Positions 21,311 through 34,509 of a stretch of DNA of 64,000 bases are shown here, in pieces (the first letter of the stretch is position 1; each line of letters begins with the position of its first letter). The stretch lies in the IMG/VR virus record IMGVR_UViG_3300028833_000104, positions 36,765-100,764 of that record; one strand, given 5' to 3'. This DNA comes from a virus. Taxonomy: Duplodnaviria > Caudoviricetes. The translations under genes and the position numbers were made by a program. Below the pieces are notes generated by a model, which did no database searches, had not been told where the DNA came from, and worked only from the letters and a program-made list of their open reading frames with translations.

Positions 21311-23521
21311 TTATAGGTCTTTATTATCTAAATGAATAACTCTTTCTTTTATTTCATTCATTCTTCCTTGATTCATTGCATTTGTAGAAATATAACCACA
21401 AACTCTTCTAGCAATATTCATAAAATTCATATCTGTATTTCCACAAACTGGACATTTCCAAATTAATTTACCTTTTCCATCTTCAACCATTTGGATTTCG
21501 CCAGTTGAACCACATTTTTGACAATAATCTGATTTAGTATTTAATTCGGCATACATAATATTATCATAAATGAATTTAATTACTTCAATTACTGCCTCAG
21601 GATTATTTTGAAGATTTGGAGTTTCAATATAACTAATAGCTCCACCAGGACTTAATCTTTGGAATTCAGATTCTAATTTTAATTTATCAAAAGCATCAAT
21701 TTCTTCAAATACTGGAACATGATATGAATTAGTTACATAATTTCTATCTCTACCATCTATTTTAACAAATACATCTTCACCAAATCTCTTTTTCAAGCAT
21801 TTAGCTAATTTATATGTTGTTGATTCAATAGGTGTTCCATATACTGAATAATCAATATTTTCTTTTGCTTTCCATTTATTACAAGCATCATTTAAATGTT
21901 GCATTACTTGTAAACCAAATTCTTTTCCTTCACCAGTATGAGAATTACCTGTCATATATTTAACACATTCATATAATCCTGCATAACCTAATGAAATAGT
22001 GGAATAACCATTAAATAATAATTTATTAATTTTTTCACCTTTTTGTAATCTAGCTAATGCACCATCTTGCCATAAAATAGGAGCCATATCTGAATATCTA
22101 TCTAATAATCTTTCATGTCTACATCTTAAAGCAGTATGACATAAATCTAATCTCTGGTCAAATATTTTCCAGAACTTTTTCATATCACCCTTACTTGATA
22201 AAGCAATATCAGGTAATGAGATAGTTACAACTCCTTGATTAAATCTACCATAGAATTTTGGTTTTCCTTCAACATAATTCTTGGCATTTGCGATATTACC
22301 AATATTCATTGTTCTATCAGGTGTTAAGAATGAACGACATCCCATACAAGGATAACAACTTGAAGAACCATCAATATTATGTTTTAATTCCTTCATTACT
22401 TTTTCTGAAATATAATCCGGTACTAATCTTTTAGCTGTACATTCAGCCGCTAATCGTGTTAAATAAAAATATTTAGAATCATTATGAATATTATCTTCTT
22501 CTAAAACATATAATAATTTAGGGAATGCAGGAGTTACATAAACACCTTTATTATTTTTCATACCTAAAATTCTTTGTTTTAAAAATTCTTCAATTAATAA
22601 TGCTAATTCCTCTTTATATTCTTCTGTTTCACCTAAATACATACAAACACTTAAGAAAGGTGCTTGTCCATTAGTAGTTGACATTGAATTAATTTGATAA
22701 TTAAATGTTTGAACTGAAGATTCAACTTCTTGTTGTAAATCCTCTCTAGCATATTTTTCACAATCTTCCTTATTAAATCCACGTTTAGCATATTTATTTA
22801 AGTACTTGTTATAACTCTCTCTAACAAAAGGTGCTAAATGAGTTAAACTAATTGTACAACCACCATATTGAGAACTTGCAACAGCTGTAATAATTTGAGT
22901 TGCAATTGTAACTGCCTTACTTAACCAATGTGGTTTTTCAATCATTACTCCATTAATCATTGTTCCATTTTGTAACATATCTTCAAGATTAATTAAATCA
23001 CAATTATGTAAGGCATTTTGTCCAAAATAATCCATATCATGGAAATGAATTATACCTTCATCATGAGCCTTTACAACTTCTTTAGGGAGTAAAAAACGCT
23101 TTGATATATCAGTAGAGGTTATACCTGCAATATAATCTCTTTGGGTTGTAACTATTCTATCATTTTTATTTGAATTTTCTGTTTTTCAATATTCATTAGT
23201 TCCATCGAGTAATTCCCTAATAGTTTGGTCTGTAGTATTACTTTTTCTTACTAAATCTCTCTGGAATCTATATGTAATATAATTTTTTGCTAATTGATAC
23301 TTATTTAAAGTTATTAATTGTTCCTCAATTATATTTTGTATATCTTCTACTCCCATTCTTGTTCTAGGCAAGGATTCAATATAGTTTAAGATAAAATTAA
23401 CATCCTCTTCGGATGCTCTATCTTTCTTTGCAACATCAGCATTAGCATTCTTCAAAACCTGTCTAATTTTATTAGAATCATAAGGTACTAATGTGCCATC
23501 TCTTTTAATAACTTTTTGCAT
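21311..23521 (-). CDS. nrdD: anaerobic (class III) ribonucleoside-triphosphate reductase with ATP-cone
   Basis: VIKRDG ATP-cone joined by TGA 23186-23188; HFHDMDY, PCMGCRS, GRFNQGV, RRVCGYI. Confidence 0.95.
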
Positions 23522-23620
23522 AAATTTCGTCTTCCTTTCACTTGAATTCTTTTTAGATCCAAATTGAGGATCAAATATTTTAGTGTGACTTTTTCTAAAG
23601 AAATTCAAGTCCAAATTTGA

Positions 23621-25300
23621 TTACATGTTTAAAATATAATCTTTTAAAATATTTATTGTCTTGTCATCAGCCTTATCATCAATAATGAAATCTGCCAATG
23701 CTTCTTTTCTTTCAATAGCTTTTTGAACTACTTCATCTACAGTATTATTACAGATTAATCTATAAATAAATACATTGTTTTTTGTACCAATTCTATGAAT
23801 TCTATCCTCAACTTGTTTTGTAACCGCTGCCGTTCATGGACAATCTAATAGAATCATATATGAGGCTTTATTTAATGTAATACCAGTTCCGGATTTAGAA
23901 TGAGTTCCTAACCAAACCATATATTTATTATCCTCTTGAAATAATTTTTTATTTCTTTCAAATTGATCTGCGGATAAATCACCATCACCTCTTAATGGAT
24001 GATAATCTTTTAACAATTTTTCTAATTGATAAATAGGTTCCTTAAATCTAGACATTATTACAACTTTTTCATTATGACCACAAATTTCTTCAACTAATTC
24101 TAAAGTTCTTTCAATTTTTGTTGACATAATTTCATTAGTTGTTAGTATTGAAGGACAAGAGGTAGCTTGTAATAATCTAATAGTTAATGCCAAAGTATTA
24201 TTTGCATCCAAATTAATTTTATTTGCCTCTTCCTTAACCCCATTTTTAATGGCATCATAAAATTCTTTATGTTGGTCATTCATATCTAATTTTTCAAGAA
24301 TTACTGTTTTTGGAGGTAAATCCTCTAAAATATCCTTTGTTCTTCTTAATGAACAAGAATCAATTTCATTTTTAAGAATATCTATATTTTTATAACCAAC
24401 AATTTGATGACCACCAAATCCACCATATTCACAATATAAACCTTTAAAGTTAGTTAATGTAGACTTTTCAACATCAATTCATTTTAATGGAGTAAAAGCA
24501 TTTAATGGACTGTTTGTTAATAAGGTACCAGTTAATCCAATTTTTAATCTAGCTTCCTTTAATTTCATTAATCCTTGACTTTGCTGTGATTGTGAATTAG
24601 CACATTTATGACATTCATCAAATACTATTAAATCAATCTTATTTTTTGATTTTTTAATAGCCTCTACCACTTCTTTATATCTTAAAGATTCAATGTTTAA
24701 AATATAAAAAAAAGCATCTAAAGGTTCTTTTAATTCCTTTGCTCTTTCTGCAATAGATGCAGAACTTATTTTACCTTTTTTGGAAATTTTTTCTCCAATA
24801 ATTCTACAAGTTAAATTGGAATGCTTTTCAATTTCTTGCTTTCAGTTTCCTTTTAAGGTATTAATACCACAAATAATTAAACAATGTTCTAATCCTTTTT
24901 GTTCTTTTAATTCTTCTGCCAAATAAATCATTTGTAACGACTTACCTAAACCTGGGTCGTCTAGGAGTAAGCCTCCATTGTCAAGATTTAATCCTCATTG
25001 AATACCTTCTATTTGGTGTTTAAATGGCTTTGTTTTATATTTATCTATTAGTTTTGGATAAAATATTTCCTTATCCTTTTCATCTACTAATTTAAGAGTT
25101 ATATCATCATAATAAGTTAATTCATCTAATAAATAAGCCAGAGATGTTACCGGAACCTCTCAGGTTTTAGATGGACCGTCATAAATATACTTATCACACG
25201 TTTTAATAACGTTTATTACCTCTATATTAAAGTTGAAGGTTAGGAATAATGAACTAATACCTGATAACTTTTTTGGAGTATTTTCAGTTATATTTATCAC
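23621..25300 (-). CDS. SNF2-family helicase
   Basis: DDPGLGKS, FDECHK, LTGTLL, LRRTK, GTGITL, DCP[W]T, QVEDRIHRIG; joined through several TGA. Confidence 0.9.
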
Positions 25301-25305
25301 AGGTA

Positions 25306-25581
25306 TTACTCTCCTTTACTTACGTACTCATCCTCATCAAATACTTCTTTAATTTCACCAGTTCTAAATGTTACTGATGCAGATACTTTAAATTTGCAAT
25401 CACAATAATCACATTGATATTGTTCCTCTACATCCATATCGCTACCATTATAGGATAGAATATTATGGTCATATCCTTTTATAATATTATTTGGTTGACC
25501 AATAAAGTATTCTGGTAGGTAAATTTCCCCTGCCATATATTCAGCTCCACATTTAGGACACTTAATTACTTGTCTTTTCAT
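25306..25581 (-). CDS. zinc-ribbon protein
   Basis: CPKC and CDYC. Confidence 0.7.
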   Translation of the reverse strand: MKRQVIKCPKCGAEYMAGEIYLPEYFIGQPNNIIKGYDHNILSYNGSDMDVEEQYQCDYCDCKFKVSASVTFRTGEIKEVFDEDEYVSKGE

Positions 25582-25595
25582 ATTTTATATCTCCT

Positions 25596-26201
25596 TTACC
25601 ACAATTCTATTAATCCGGATTTCTTATCTTGTATCTTTCTTTGCTTTCTAATAAATTTATTATCCTTAATTTCTTTTCTTTTATGAATAATAATTTTATA
25701 GCCATCATTGAATAAGAAATCAATTATATTACCAATTTTAAATTCCTCTGTAAATACATTTAATTTACTCTTTTCTAAATAAGAATTATCATCTTCATAA
25801 GGTTGTCTTATTGGATTTGGAAAACAGTCGAGATTATGAATTCCAAAGGTAACTGTTTCCGCTTTTTTACTATAATTATCTAATAATAATAATCCTTTAT
25901 ATTCATAATTATTATACTTTTCAATTCCTCTTTTTAAATACTCATTTAATAACCAAATATCATTAGATTTAAGGAATTCCTCTTTTGAAGAATACCCTCC
26001 TTCATAGAAAATAAATGAAATTAAATAAGCTAATTTAGCTTCAAAACCTTCAATTAATTGAGGTTTATCGAAATCTCTAAATCTAATATGAATTTTACCA
26101 TCTGCACAAACATATTTTGCATTATAATAATTAGTTTTAGTTTCGGGATTATATAGTATGCTACAAGTATATTTATCTTTTTTAACTATATATTTATCCA
26201 T
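25596..26201 (-). CDS. hypothetical protein
   Basis: Intact ORF, translationally coupled. Confidence 0.65.
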   Translation of the reverse strand: MDKYIVKKDKYTCSILYNPETKTNYYNAKYVCADGKIHIRFRDFDKPQLIEGFEAKLAYLISFIFYEGGYSSKEEFLKSNDIWLLNEYLKRGIEKYNNYEYKGLLLLDNYSKKAETVTFGIHNLDCFPNPIRQPYEDDNSYLEKSKLNVFTEEFKIGNIIDFLFNDGYKIIIHKRKEIKDNKFIRKQRKIQDKKSGLIELW

Positions 26202-26953
26202 TAGAATACCTCATCTCCTACTTCTGTAGTTTTTCTTTGAGTTGTAGTATTATTAAATGAATATCTTGTAACTGTACTATTATTTACTGCAGTTATTTTA
26301 TTTTGCTTTTCGTAACTATTAATTGCCCATTGACAATCTATATATGAATTTGCTATTGCAATATCAATTATAGCTAATGCCTTAGGTAGGTCACCATTGC
26401 AGTAATCATCTAATTTATCCTTAAACATCTTAACTTGAATCTTTGACATTCCTTTTCCAGATTCAAATACAGATTCAACCCATTCTCTTAATTTAAATAG
26501 CACCTGAGGATTTCTACATTCAATACTTTCTTTTAATTTTTGAATAGTATATTCTTTATTGGCTTGTTTTGTTCCCTTTGGTGTTTCTACTTTTACTTTT
26601 TTAGCAACATTATCTAATAGTTTAATATCTTCTGATGCTAATACTGAACCAAAAATTTCAATATCGAAGAATATAACATTAGGATTAGTTTCATCAATTT
26701 TAATAATATTTACTTTTGCAAGATTAATATCACATTTTAATTGATCTTCAACTGTTAAAGAAGTTTGTTTTTGAATATAATCTCTATCTACATTAAAATA
26801 ATTTTCATCATTAACAAACTTCTTTTTAGTTACAACTTTCTTATATATTGTTAATAATTCTGAGCAATATACAGCAGTATTTAATCCTAATATTTTGATA
26901 GCATCTCTATTTACCATTATATAATTCGCTGGACTTAATAAATCTGCTAACAT
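26201..26953 (-). CDS. putative replication initiator / replisome organiser (wHTH)
   Basis: YIMVNRDAIKILGLNTAVYCSELL N-terminus resembles phage initiators; next to the beta clamp. Confidence 0.5.
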   Translation of the reverse strand: MLADLLSPANYIMVNRDAIKILGLNTAVYCSELLTIYKKVVTKKKFVNDENYFNVDRDYIQKQTSLTVEDQLKCDINLAKVNIIKIDETNPNVIFFDIEIFGSVLASEDIKLLDNVAKKVKVETPKGTKQANKEYTIQKLKESIECRNPQVLFKLREWVESVFESGKGMSKIQVKMFKDKLDDYCNGDLPKALAIIDIAIANSYIDCQWAINSYEKQNKITAVNNSTVTRYSFNNTTTQRKTTEVGDEVF

Positions 26954-26965
26954 ATATTATCCTCC

Positions 26966-28123
26966 TTAATTTTGAGCTTCTTCTGTAGGTCTAGCTTCTT
27001 TTTTAACCTCTGCAAAAATATACTTAACTCTTAAACCTGAAATAACACCAGATTTACCATCACCACAACTTAAAGTTACTAAAGCTTCATCAGAATACTC
27101 TAATATATTCTTTAATTCTAATAAATCTGTTTTTAATGTATATTCTCCAGATAATTCTGTTCCTGGTTGATAATGAATTAATTCAAAATTTGCATTATTT
27201 GTATCATAAATAGTTAAATTACCAGTAACATCAAATTTAAGGGTACTAAATGGCTTAGCATTTAACTTACTATCATTAAATAATAATAGTCTAGTAATAG
27301 CATCTAGGAATTCCTTTCTATTTAATACTACCTTATTTGGATATTCTTTATTTGCTCTACCTCTAATTGCCTCTGCAGGTACCTTAGATAATAATGAATC
27401 ATCACTTCTAATAATTGCAGTTAAATTAATTTTATCCGAAGTAAATGCAACCTTAGTTTGAATAATAGTTTCAGAAATAGGATCATAACCTAACTTAAAA
27501 TTAACTGATTGATTATTCTTAAATAATTTAAATAATTTAACTAATCTAGTATTTAATAAGAACTTAACTGGTTGTGCTAAATTGAAATTATTAACACAGG
27601 CAGCTGACTTACTATGAGTAATACATCCTTGATTATCAATGTAATATAATGTATGAACTTCTTTTGCTAAACTAGATGTTGAAATATTATTTGTATTGTA
27701 ATCTGAAATAGATGCTAATGTTGCATAATCAACACTAAAATCTACACTCACATTATTAATTGTAATTTGTGGTAAGCTTAATAATTGTCCAGTTGCTTCA
27801 TTAACTACAAATGGAATTTTATAATTACCATTAGCTTTAATTAATAAGTTATTATTTTCTAACTTTAATTCAATATTTTCTGTAGTAATTTTATCAATTA
27901 ACTTTAAGAATAATGTTGCATTAACAGTTGCATGAAAATTTTCTTCATTTTCTAATTCAAATTTATAAGATACAAAATATTCTTGATTAGTTACATTTAA
28001 ATATAATCACTTACCTTCAGATACTAATTCAAGAGTATCTGTAATAGTTGCAAGAGTACTTGAATCAATTGCTAATAAAATAGCACTACATACTTCTTTA
28101 AATTCTTTTGTTTTTAAAATCAT
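26966..28123 (-). CDS. dnaN: DNA polymerase III beta sliding clamp
   Basis: 385 aa after one TGA readthrough; LNVTNQEY, FHATVNA, VVLNRKEFLDAITRL; matching clamp loader present in the window. Confidence 0.7.
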
Positions 28124-28138
28124 ATTATTTCCTTTCTA

Positions 28139-29101
28139 TTAATCCCATAAGCTTTCTTCAAATTCATCTGTGCCTTTATATTCATAATTGGTAGCCCAAT
28201 CATGTAAACTTCTTAAATTAAAGATTGCTCTTGGATATGGCTTATCATCAGCAATCATTTCATCTAAATTTAATCCATATTTAGTACACATATCTGCAAC
28301 AGTTTTCTTAACTGCTGGCGATAAATTATTTATATGTTGTGGATCATTTAAATTTCTATTACTTACGTAAACTGTAGTATAACCTACTTGTAAATTTCCA
28401 AATGATGCAGTTCTTACCCAAGAGGTTGAATCTGCTGAGGTAAAAGGAAATTGTTCTAATATTCTTAAAGAGGTCATACCAAATGCGTGCGTTTTAACAT
28501 TTGGATTAGGACTTTCCTTTATCATTTTAAATACGATATTGAACCAATCAACCCAATCAGAACTACTAACTTCCTTATTACAAGAAATTCCAATATAATC
28601 AATATGTTGACCAACACAAGATTTATCTAAAACATCTTCTGGATAAACATAATCTAACATTTGTTTTAAATACTTAAAATCTTCACCTTGGTGGAAGATC
28701 GGTAATAACTTTTTAGGTGATTTTACCTTTTTTACCATATATAAATAGTTATTCCAACTATCTATTGGAGCTTGTGCTAATTGTTCTGGTGTTTTAGGCT
28801 TTCCTCATTCACCAGGAATTTTATCCACTTGAGCAAATACGGTAACTTGGTCATCTACTGAATTCATAAATTCAATATATTCATCTACATCAACTTCTTT
28901 ACCTTTTGTATGAGCGGTATATGCACCTGAGTCAATAAATAATTTACTCTTACATTCAGGATGAGCTCTTTTATATTCAACTCATTCAATACATGCTTTA
29001 CGCTCATTTAATTGAGATAACAATTGATCATAGCCAAGTTCTCTTTTTAAATCTGTTGATTCTTTATTAAAAGAACCAGCTGCATATAAATTAAACTTCA
29101 T
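28139..29101 (-). CDS. dpdA: DpdA-type 7-deazaguanine DNA transglycosylase (TGT fold)
   Basis: LFIDSGAY, QVDKIPG, LPIFHQGE, HAFG, SADSTSW; joined through 2 TGA; clustered with que genes. Confidence 0.8.
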
Positions 29102-29163
29102 TTATTATTATTCTCCTTTCCGAACCATATATATAAATATACAATTAACAATAAAAAAATCCC

Positions 29164-29565
29164 TTATTTTTTAAAGGATTTTTTATATTTTTTTATAAGA
29201 TATTTATAAGTTTTTCTCCAGTTAACCTTACCATATGATGATAATTCATCTATATAATAACTTGCAATTATTTTTCCAGTTTTGCCGTGAATATATTCTG
29301 AAGAATCCTTTAACATATATGGCATATTAAATTCTGTAATGCATCTATTATAGGCTTCATCATACTCTTCATCAATTCTAGATGACCATAAAATTAATTT
29401 AAATCCTTTTTGATGCAATTTATCCAAATATTTTTTAGCTTTTCTATCTAAAGGAGCTAACTCTGGATAAGGTTTATATTGAGTTATAGTATTATCATAA
29501 TCAACTGCTATTAACCTACTATGGGCTTGAGCCCAATAATTTTTCTTATCCTCTTCGGTAATCAT
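29164..29565 (-). CDS. cap-less HAD-superfamily phosphatase
   Basis: IAVDYDNTI, LILWSSR, KII..YYIDE. Confidence 0.8.
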   Translation of the reverse strand: MITEEDKKNYWAQAHSRLIAVDYDNTITQYKPYPELAPLDRKAKKYLDKLHQKGFKLILWSSRIDEEYDEAYNRCITEFNMPYMLKDSSEYIHGKTGKIIASYYIDELSSYGKVNWRKTYKYLIKKYKKSFKK

Positions 29566-30465
29566 TTATTGCTCCTTTTTATTATGATATTTATAAATTT
29601 CTTTCATCACCTTTTTATATTCCCTTTTAGAGCCATTATATGTAAACATTTGAATATGTTCTCTATGAGCCCAATAACCATATAAATCATATTTCTTACA
29701 TATTTCTTCAGGAATATAATTTTGTTTGAATGTAATACAAGGACCAATTTTATTACCTATTAAAGCATTTTCATCAACATATTTTAAAATTATCTTGCTA
29801 TTATCTTCAATCTTTTTTCTTAACTTATCTATATTAAAATTATTTAATACCTTTAATAAGTGCTCTAATATAAATGTTGGAAATGTTGCAGGTCCTTGAT
29901 TTTTATCTGCATATGTTTTATATCTAGCAAGATTTAAATATGACATCTCTGAATCATTTTTAAATAAATCCCAAGAATCTTTTCTAATTCCGACAACAGC
30001 TAAACCAATATAGGAACCAATTTGTTTATTTAAACTAGTAATAAATCCACGACAATTTTTTGGAAAATCTAAATATGGAAAACCACTAGTAGCATCAATA
30101 AAACAATCCTCATCGCTATAGAATGATTCAGATACTGATGTTTCATAATTACAATATAAATTTATTGCATCCTTACTTTTTTGATTAGTAGTTAATTTTC
30201 TATAATAATTACGATACATATCAGTCCATCTAGATTTAAATGTACCTTCCACTCCAATAATATTTAATGGAACCTGTAATGAATACATTAAGGATTCAAT
30301 TCCAACAGTTGCTGACCCTGGAATAAACATTATATCATAATTTTCTAAATTAAATACTTCTTTAAATTTCTTTTGTACCTTTTCATAATATTCAAAAAAT
30401 TGAATATCTCTATGTGAATAATTAATATTTACCTTATCCTTAAAATAGGTATTTGGTCCAAACAT
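29566..30465 (-). CDS. PLP-dependent class V aminotransferase (AGT/SerC/PhnW-like)
   Basis: FGPN, SHRD, PGSAT, NYETS, IDATS, SLNK (PLP lysine), PATFP. Confidence 0.8.
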   Translation of the reverse strand: MFGPNTYFKDKVNINYSHRDIQFFEYYEKVQKKFKEVFNLENYDIMFIPGSATVGIESLMYSLQVPLNIIGVEGTFKSRWTDMYRNYYRKLTTNQKSKDAINLYCNYETSVSESFYSDEDCFIDATSGFPYLDFPKNCRGFITSLNKQIGSYIGLAVVGIRKDSWDLFKNDSEMSYLNLARYKTYADKNQGPATFPTFILEHLLKVLNNFNIDKLRKKIEDNSKIILKYVDENALIGNKIGPCITFKQNYIPEEICKKYDLYGYWAHREHIQMFTYNGSKREYKKVMKEIYKYHNKKEQ

Positions 30466-30466
30466 A

Positions 30467-31207
30467 CTACTCCTCCAATCTTTTTTTAGAATTAGTAATA
30501 ACGGTTCTTATTTCCTCATCTTCTTTAGGAGTTCTATAAATTTCTTTACTATCCATTTCTTCTTTTATATGTTCATTAAAATACTTTAAATTCTTTGCTA
30601 ATACATCTTTATCAAATTCATACCCATTATATGCAAATGCAATGAATTTTCTAAAACATGACTTACAATTCCAACATTCTTCTAAATCTTCAGATGGATT
30701 ATAACAACTTAAGGATTCCTTAAATGCTTTATCTATACTTCCACCTTCATCCATATACATTCTTAATAATTCTGCTTTTGTTTTATTTCTATAATCAGTA
30801 ATTACTTTAATGTGCTTCCCATTTGGTACCCAATGTTGTGGACTATATAAATAATTTAATATATCCATTGCTTTATTAAAGAATGTTTCTGACTGATCTA
30901 AAGATCTATCTCCTGCTGTTGCCCCAACACAAATTTCTACATTATCGCTTAATGTTTCATTACAAGCAACCATAATTAAATATAAATTTCTTAAAGGAAT
31001 GATTGCATCTTCTCTTTCATATTGACCAAGAGGAAAATCTACAATCTTAACATCATCCTTTAATAATTTAATTTTCTTAATTTCTTCCTCAGAATATTTA
31101 GTATGCATATCTACATAAATTCGTAAATCAGGCTTCCATAACTTATCAATAAGCCAACTATCCATTCCGCCACTATACAACATAACTTTAACTGTTTTAT
31201 TCGCCAT
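30467..31207 (-). CDS. queC: QueC-like PP-loop ATPase (divergent 7-cyano-7-deazaguanine synthase)
   Basis: SGGMDS, IPLRN, SCY...CWNCKSCFRK zinc site; lacks YPDC. Confidence 0.8.
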   Translation of the reverse strand: MANKTVKVMLYSGGMDSWLIDKLWKPDLRIYVDMHTKYSEEEIKKIKLLKDDVKIVDFPLGQYEREDAIIPLRNLYLIMVACNETLSDNVEICVGATAGDRSLDQSETFFNKAMDILNYLYSPQHWVPNGKHIKVITDYRNKTKAELLRMYMDEGGSIDKAFKESLSCYNPSEDLEECWNCKSCFRKFIAFAYNGYEFDKDVLAKNLKYFNEHIKEEMDSKEIYRTPKEDEEIRTVITNSKKRLEE

Positions 31208-31287
31208 ATTTTTATTCCTTTCAATATATTTAAATATACAATAGTTATAATTAAAAATCCTCCTTAATAGAAGGATTTTTAACCTTA

Positions 31288-32130
31288 TTAACCAATAATT
31301 ACTTTATTTTTCTTTTCCTTAAATACTCCAGATTTATATACAGTTGTTAAATTACCATTCTTTGTATTAGCACCACGGAATTTTTCACAACCATGAACTA
31401 ATCCAATCATTTCAACCATAACATCTTCTGAACCACTAATTCTCTTAATAGTTGTTCCAATATAAGAACATAAATCTTCTTGTAACCAACCTCTACTAGC
31501 GCACCAATCTGCAAATCTTTGTAGTTTACTAATTCCAATTAAATTATCTTTTGGAATATATGTAATAGTTACTCTTGCATTTGGCTCTAATGAACTAAAA
31601 GGTAAGAAATGATGTGAACATACTGCAACAATATCAACCTGCTTACTAATTGGGTAATCAACAACTTCTCCTGTTTGACTACCATCATTAGGGAATACTG
31701 ATAATGCAGGTTCCTTATTCCATCTACCACTTAATAATTCTGTAGTATCTTCAGGGTCATTTCCACACCACATTTTAGCAATACGACCAGGTGTTCCTTT
31801 ACCTAATGCATTAATAGCAATATTAGGATCTTCTTGATCTACCTTCATTGCATCAAATGCTTGCATTAAATAATAATGAGTTAATTCTCTCATAATCCAA
31901 TGAATTTCAGGTTTAAGACTATTACCTTTAACAAATTCATTTTCCTGGTCAATTAAATCTTTCTTATCTACTTTATAATTGGTTAACTTTTCATGAATAT
32001 TTTCATTAGCTCTAAATACCGGTAAAACTAAATATGATTTTCAATTTTCTTCAAATGTATCTAAAGTTCCAAATTTCTTTTTATATGAATCCTTTAAGAA
32101 TCCTAAAGCTTCTTCTGTTACATTAATCAT
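31288..32130 (-). CDS. folE: GTP cyclohydrolase I
   Basis: TPGRIAKM, CSHHFLPF, GISKLQR, LQE, HGCEKFRG; N-terminal extension through one TGA. Confidence 0.9.
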
Positions 32131-32179
32131 TCTATATCTCCTTTTCTTATAATGAATTATACAATATAAATATAATTAA

Positions 32180-32605
32180 TTAACATTCACATTCGCTACA
32201 AAGTGCGTTTTCTTCTGCAACTGTTTCAGCTTCTTTTTGTGCTTGTAATTCTGCCTCAGTATAAATATATCTATTAGGGATTTTAACTATATGTTCATAT
32301 CCCTTATAATCTGAGAAAATACTCTTTTCAGCATAACATCCAGGAATTTCAACTAAATTTTCAGGACAAATTAAATAGTCTGCCTTAGATAATAATTGAA
32401 TAGATGCACCTAGATACCAAATCTTTTCATCAACTTCCTTTGGAGGATTATCCTTTACAATAGTATTAATAAAATCAATATTATCTGCTTCAATATCATT
32501 GTCTACTAAATATGCTCTGGCAATTCTCTTCATCTTACGAATTGAATATTCAATGTCCTCTTTCTTTCTACCTCTCATAGGTACACTAATAAATACTTTA
32601 ATCAT
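32180..32605 (-). CDS. DUF4406 / nucleoside deoxyribosyltransferase-like fold protein
   Basis: KVFISVPMRG...LLSKAD...GCYAE. Confidence 0.6.
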   Translation of the reverse strand: MIKVFISVPMRGRKKEDIEYSIRKMKRIARAYLVDNDIEADNIDFINTIVKDNPPKEVDEKIWYLGASIQLLSKADYLICPENLVEIPGCYAEKSIFSDYKGYEHIVKIPNRYIYTEAELQAQKEAETVAEENALCSECEC

Positions 32606-32629
32606 AACTTATTTCCTTTCTATTTATTA

Positions 32630-33415
32630 TTAGACATCTTTTTTTGTAGGCTCCCAGAAGAATTTATGAATTTGTAATTGAGCCTTAATATTTTTATCTG
32701 GATGAGCTAGAATATAATCAGGAATTCTATGCATTGTTACTTCACCAAAACAAGGACTTAAATAAATATTTGCTTTAGTTCCTGATTCATTAACAATCCA
32801 ATCTAATTCTTTCCAATCATCTTCATCATCTGAAATTACCATTTTAACTAAATCATATTCAGAATATAAATTAAAGTTAGATTTAATCATCTGCTTAGTC
32901 ATTTTAGAATGAGGTAACTTATAATCAGCAATGATGGTTACACCTTTTCTATCTCCAGTTGCTGGATTTACAGTTGGATTACCAAATTTATTTTTATAAT
33001 CTGTATAATCAATTCCGCCATCAGTTTCAATACTTACATCATAGCCAGCATTTACAAATAATGGAATTAATTCATTCATCATAAAATCCTTATTTTCTTC
33101 CATTAAAGGTTCACCACCAGTTAAACAAATTGACTTTGCTCTATAATCTGTTTCAATTAATTCAACAGTTGCAAAAATTTGTCTTGCAGTCATCCATCTA
33201 AAAGGATCTTCCCAATCCTTTCTCTCAGGATAAACCTTTAACATATTTTCTTTTGACCAACACTCTTTAGTGTCACAAAATACACATCTTAAATTACATC
33301 CGAAAGTTCTAATAAATACGGTTGGTTTTCCAGCTAAACTCCCTTCACCATTAATACTTTCAAATATATTTATAAGTGCAATTTCATTAGCACCATTTTC
33401 ATTTACTCTTATCAT
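32630..33415 (-). CDS. queE: 7-carboxy-7-deazaguanine synthase (radical SAM)
   Basis: IFESINGEG, FIRTFGCNLRCVFCDT, TGGEP, IETDG, QLQIHK. Confidence 0.92.
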   Translation of the reverse strand: MIRVNENGANEIALINIFESINGEGSLAGKPTVFIRTFGCNLRCVFCDTKECWSKENMLKVYPERKDWEDPFRWMTARQIFATVELIETDYRAKSICLTGGEPLMEENKDFMMNELIPLFVNAGYDVSIETDGGIDYTDYKNKFGNPTVNPATGDRKGVTIIADYKLPHSKMTKQMIKSNFNLYSEYDLVKMVISDDEDDWKELDWIVNESGTKANIYLSPCFGEVTMHRIPDYILAHPDKNIKAQLQIHKFFWEPTKKDV

Positions 33416-33451
33416 AGTTCAGTTTCCTTTCAATTATATGATAATATACAA

Positions 33452-33751
33452 TTACTTATTTCCTCTTAACCATTTTCTATAAGCATTAATTTTAACGTTC
33501 TTGCCACCAAAACGTGTTTCATTTAACATTTTATGAATAGTTGTTTTACCATTTTCAATTAATCTTAATTGATTTCCACTTAATGTTAAATGCTGATTAG
33601 TAGTTTCATTATATAATTCATAATTATAAGCATTATGAACTCTTAATTTAATTTCTCTTCCATAAATCTTCTTATAGTCATTTTTTCTATAATAATGAAC
33701 TACTTTAAATCCGTCATAAACTTTTCCTAAAAATTTACTTTTTAATTCCAT
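33452..33751 (-). CDS. basic hypothetical protein
   Basis: Intact ORF with GAAAGGA RBS. Confidence 0.6.
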   Translation of the reverse strand: MELKSKFLGKVYDGFKVVHYYRKNDYKKIYGREIKLRVHNAYNYELYNETTNQHLTLSGNQLRLIENGKTTIHKMLNETRFGGKNVKINAYRKWLRGNK

Positions 33752-33790
33752 ATTAAATTTCCTTTCAATTATTTGATATATTATTATACA

Positions 33791-34501
33791 TTATTTTCTA
33801 AACCAAGTAATTCGAGGGTCTCATATTTCTACATATAAACCATCTTTATATTCGTCCCAATACATTCAATCTTCACCTTTTCAAGATTCAGGTTCTTTAA
33901 AATCTTTTATAAATTCCTTATCAGGAACTAGATACATTTCACCTCGATAAACACTTTCAACAATAGCTGGTTGATCACAATACCAAACTTTTGTTCCTAT
34001 TAAATTTTTATTCCAATCTATAGTATCAATATCTGCTGGTGAAGCTTTTGCTTCATATATAATTTTCATTGCATTTACGTATGCACCTTCTAAAGAGCTA
34101 TTACAACCTTCATAAAATAATTCATCATTTCTTGTTATGTTATATTTTACACTAGTTCTAAAGCTATATTCATCTCATTTATATTTTAAATAAGAATCTT
34201 CCTTAATACTAAATCCTCATCTAACCTGCATGTTGTCTCTGTTACATGAAATTAAATTATCAATTATCTTATCTTCAGGACAATCTCTTTCACATATAAA
34301 TCAGGTATCTTCTCTATATAAATATTTTTCTTTATCACTTTCCTTATAATTATCAAAATCAGGACCTAAATGATAACCAAAATACTCCTCGCCTTTAATA
34401 ACAATATCTCAATTTAGTCTACTTAATTCTCCATTTTGTCATTTTAATCTTAATGGAGTATAACCGATATGTTTGTTTTCTTTTGTTTTTAAGTCTTCCA
34501 T
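33791..34501 (-). CDS. hypothetical protein (about 8 TGA read as Trp)
   Basis: Continuous frame from ATG 34501 to TAA 33791 under code 4. Confidence 0.7.
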
Positions 34502-34509
34502 ACTATTAC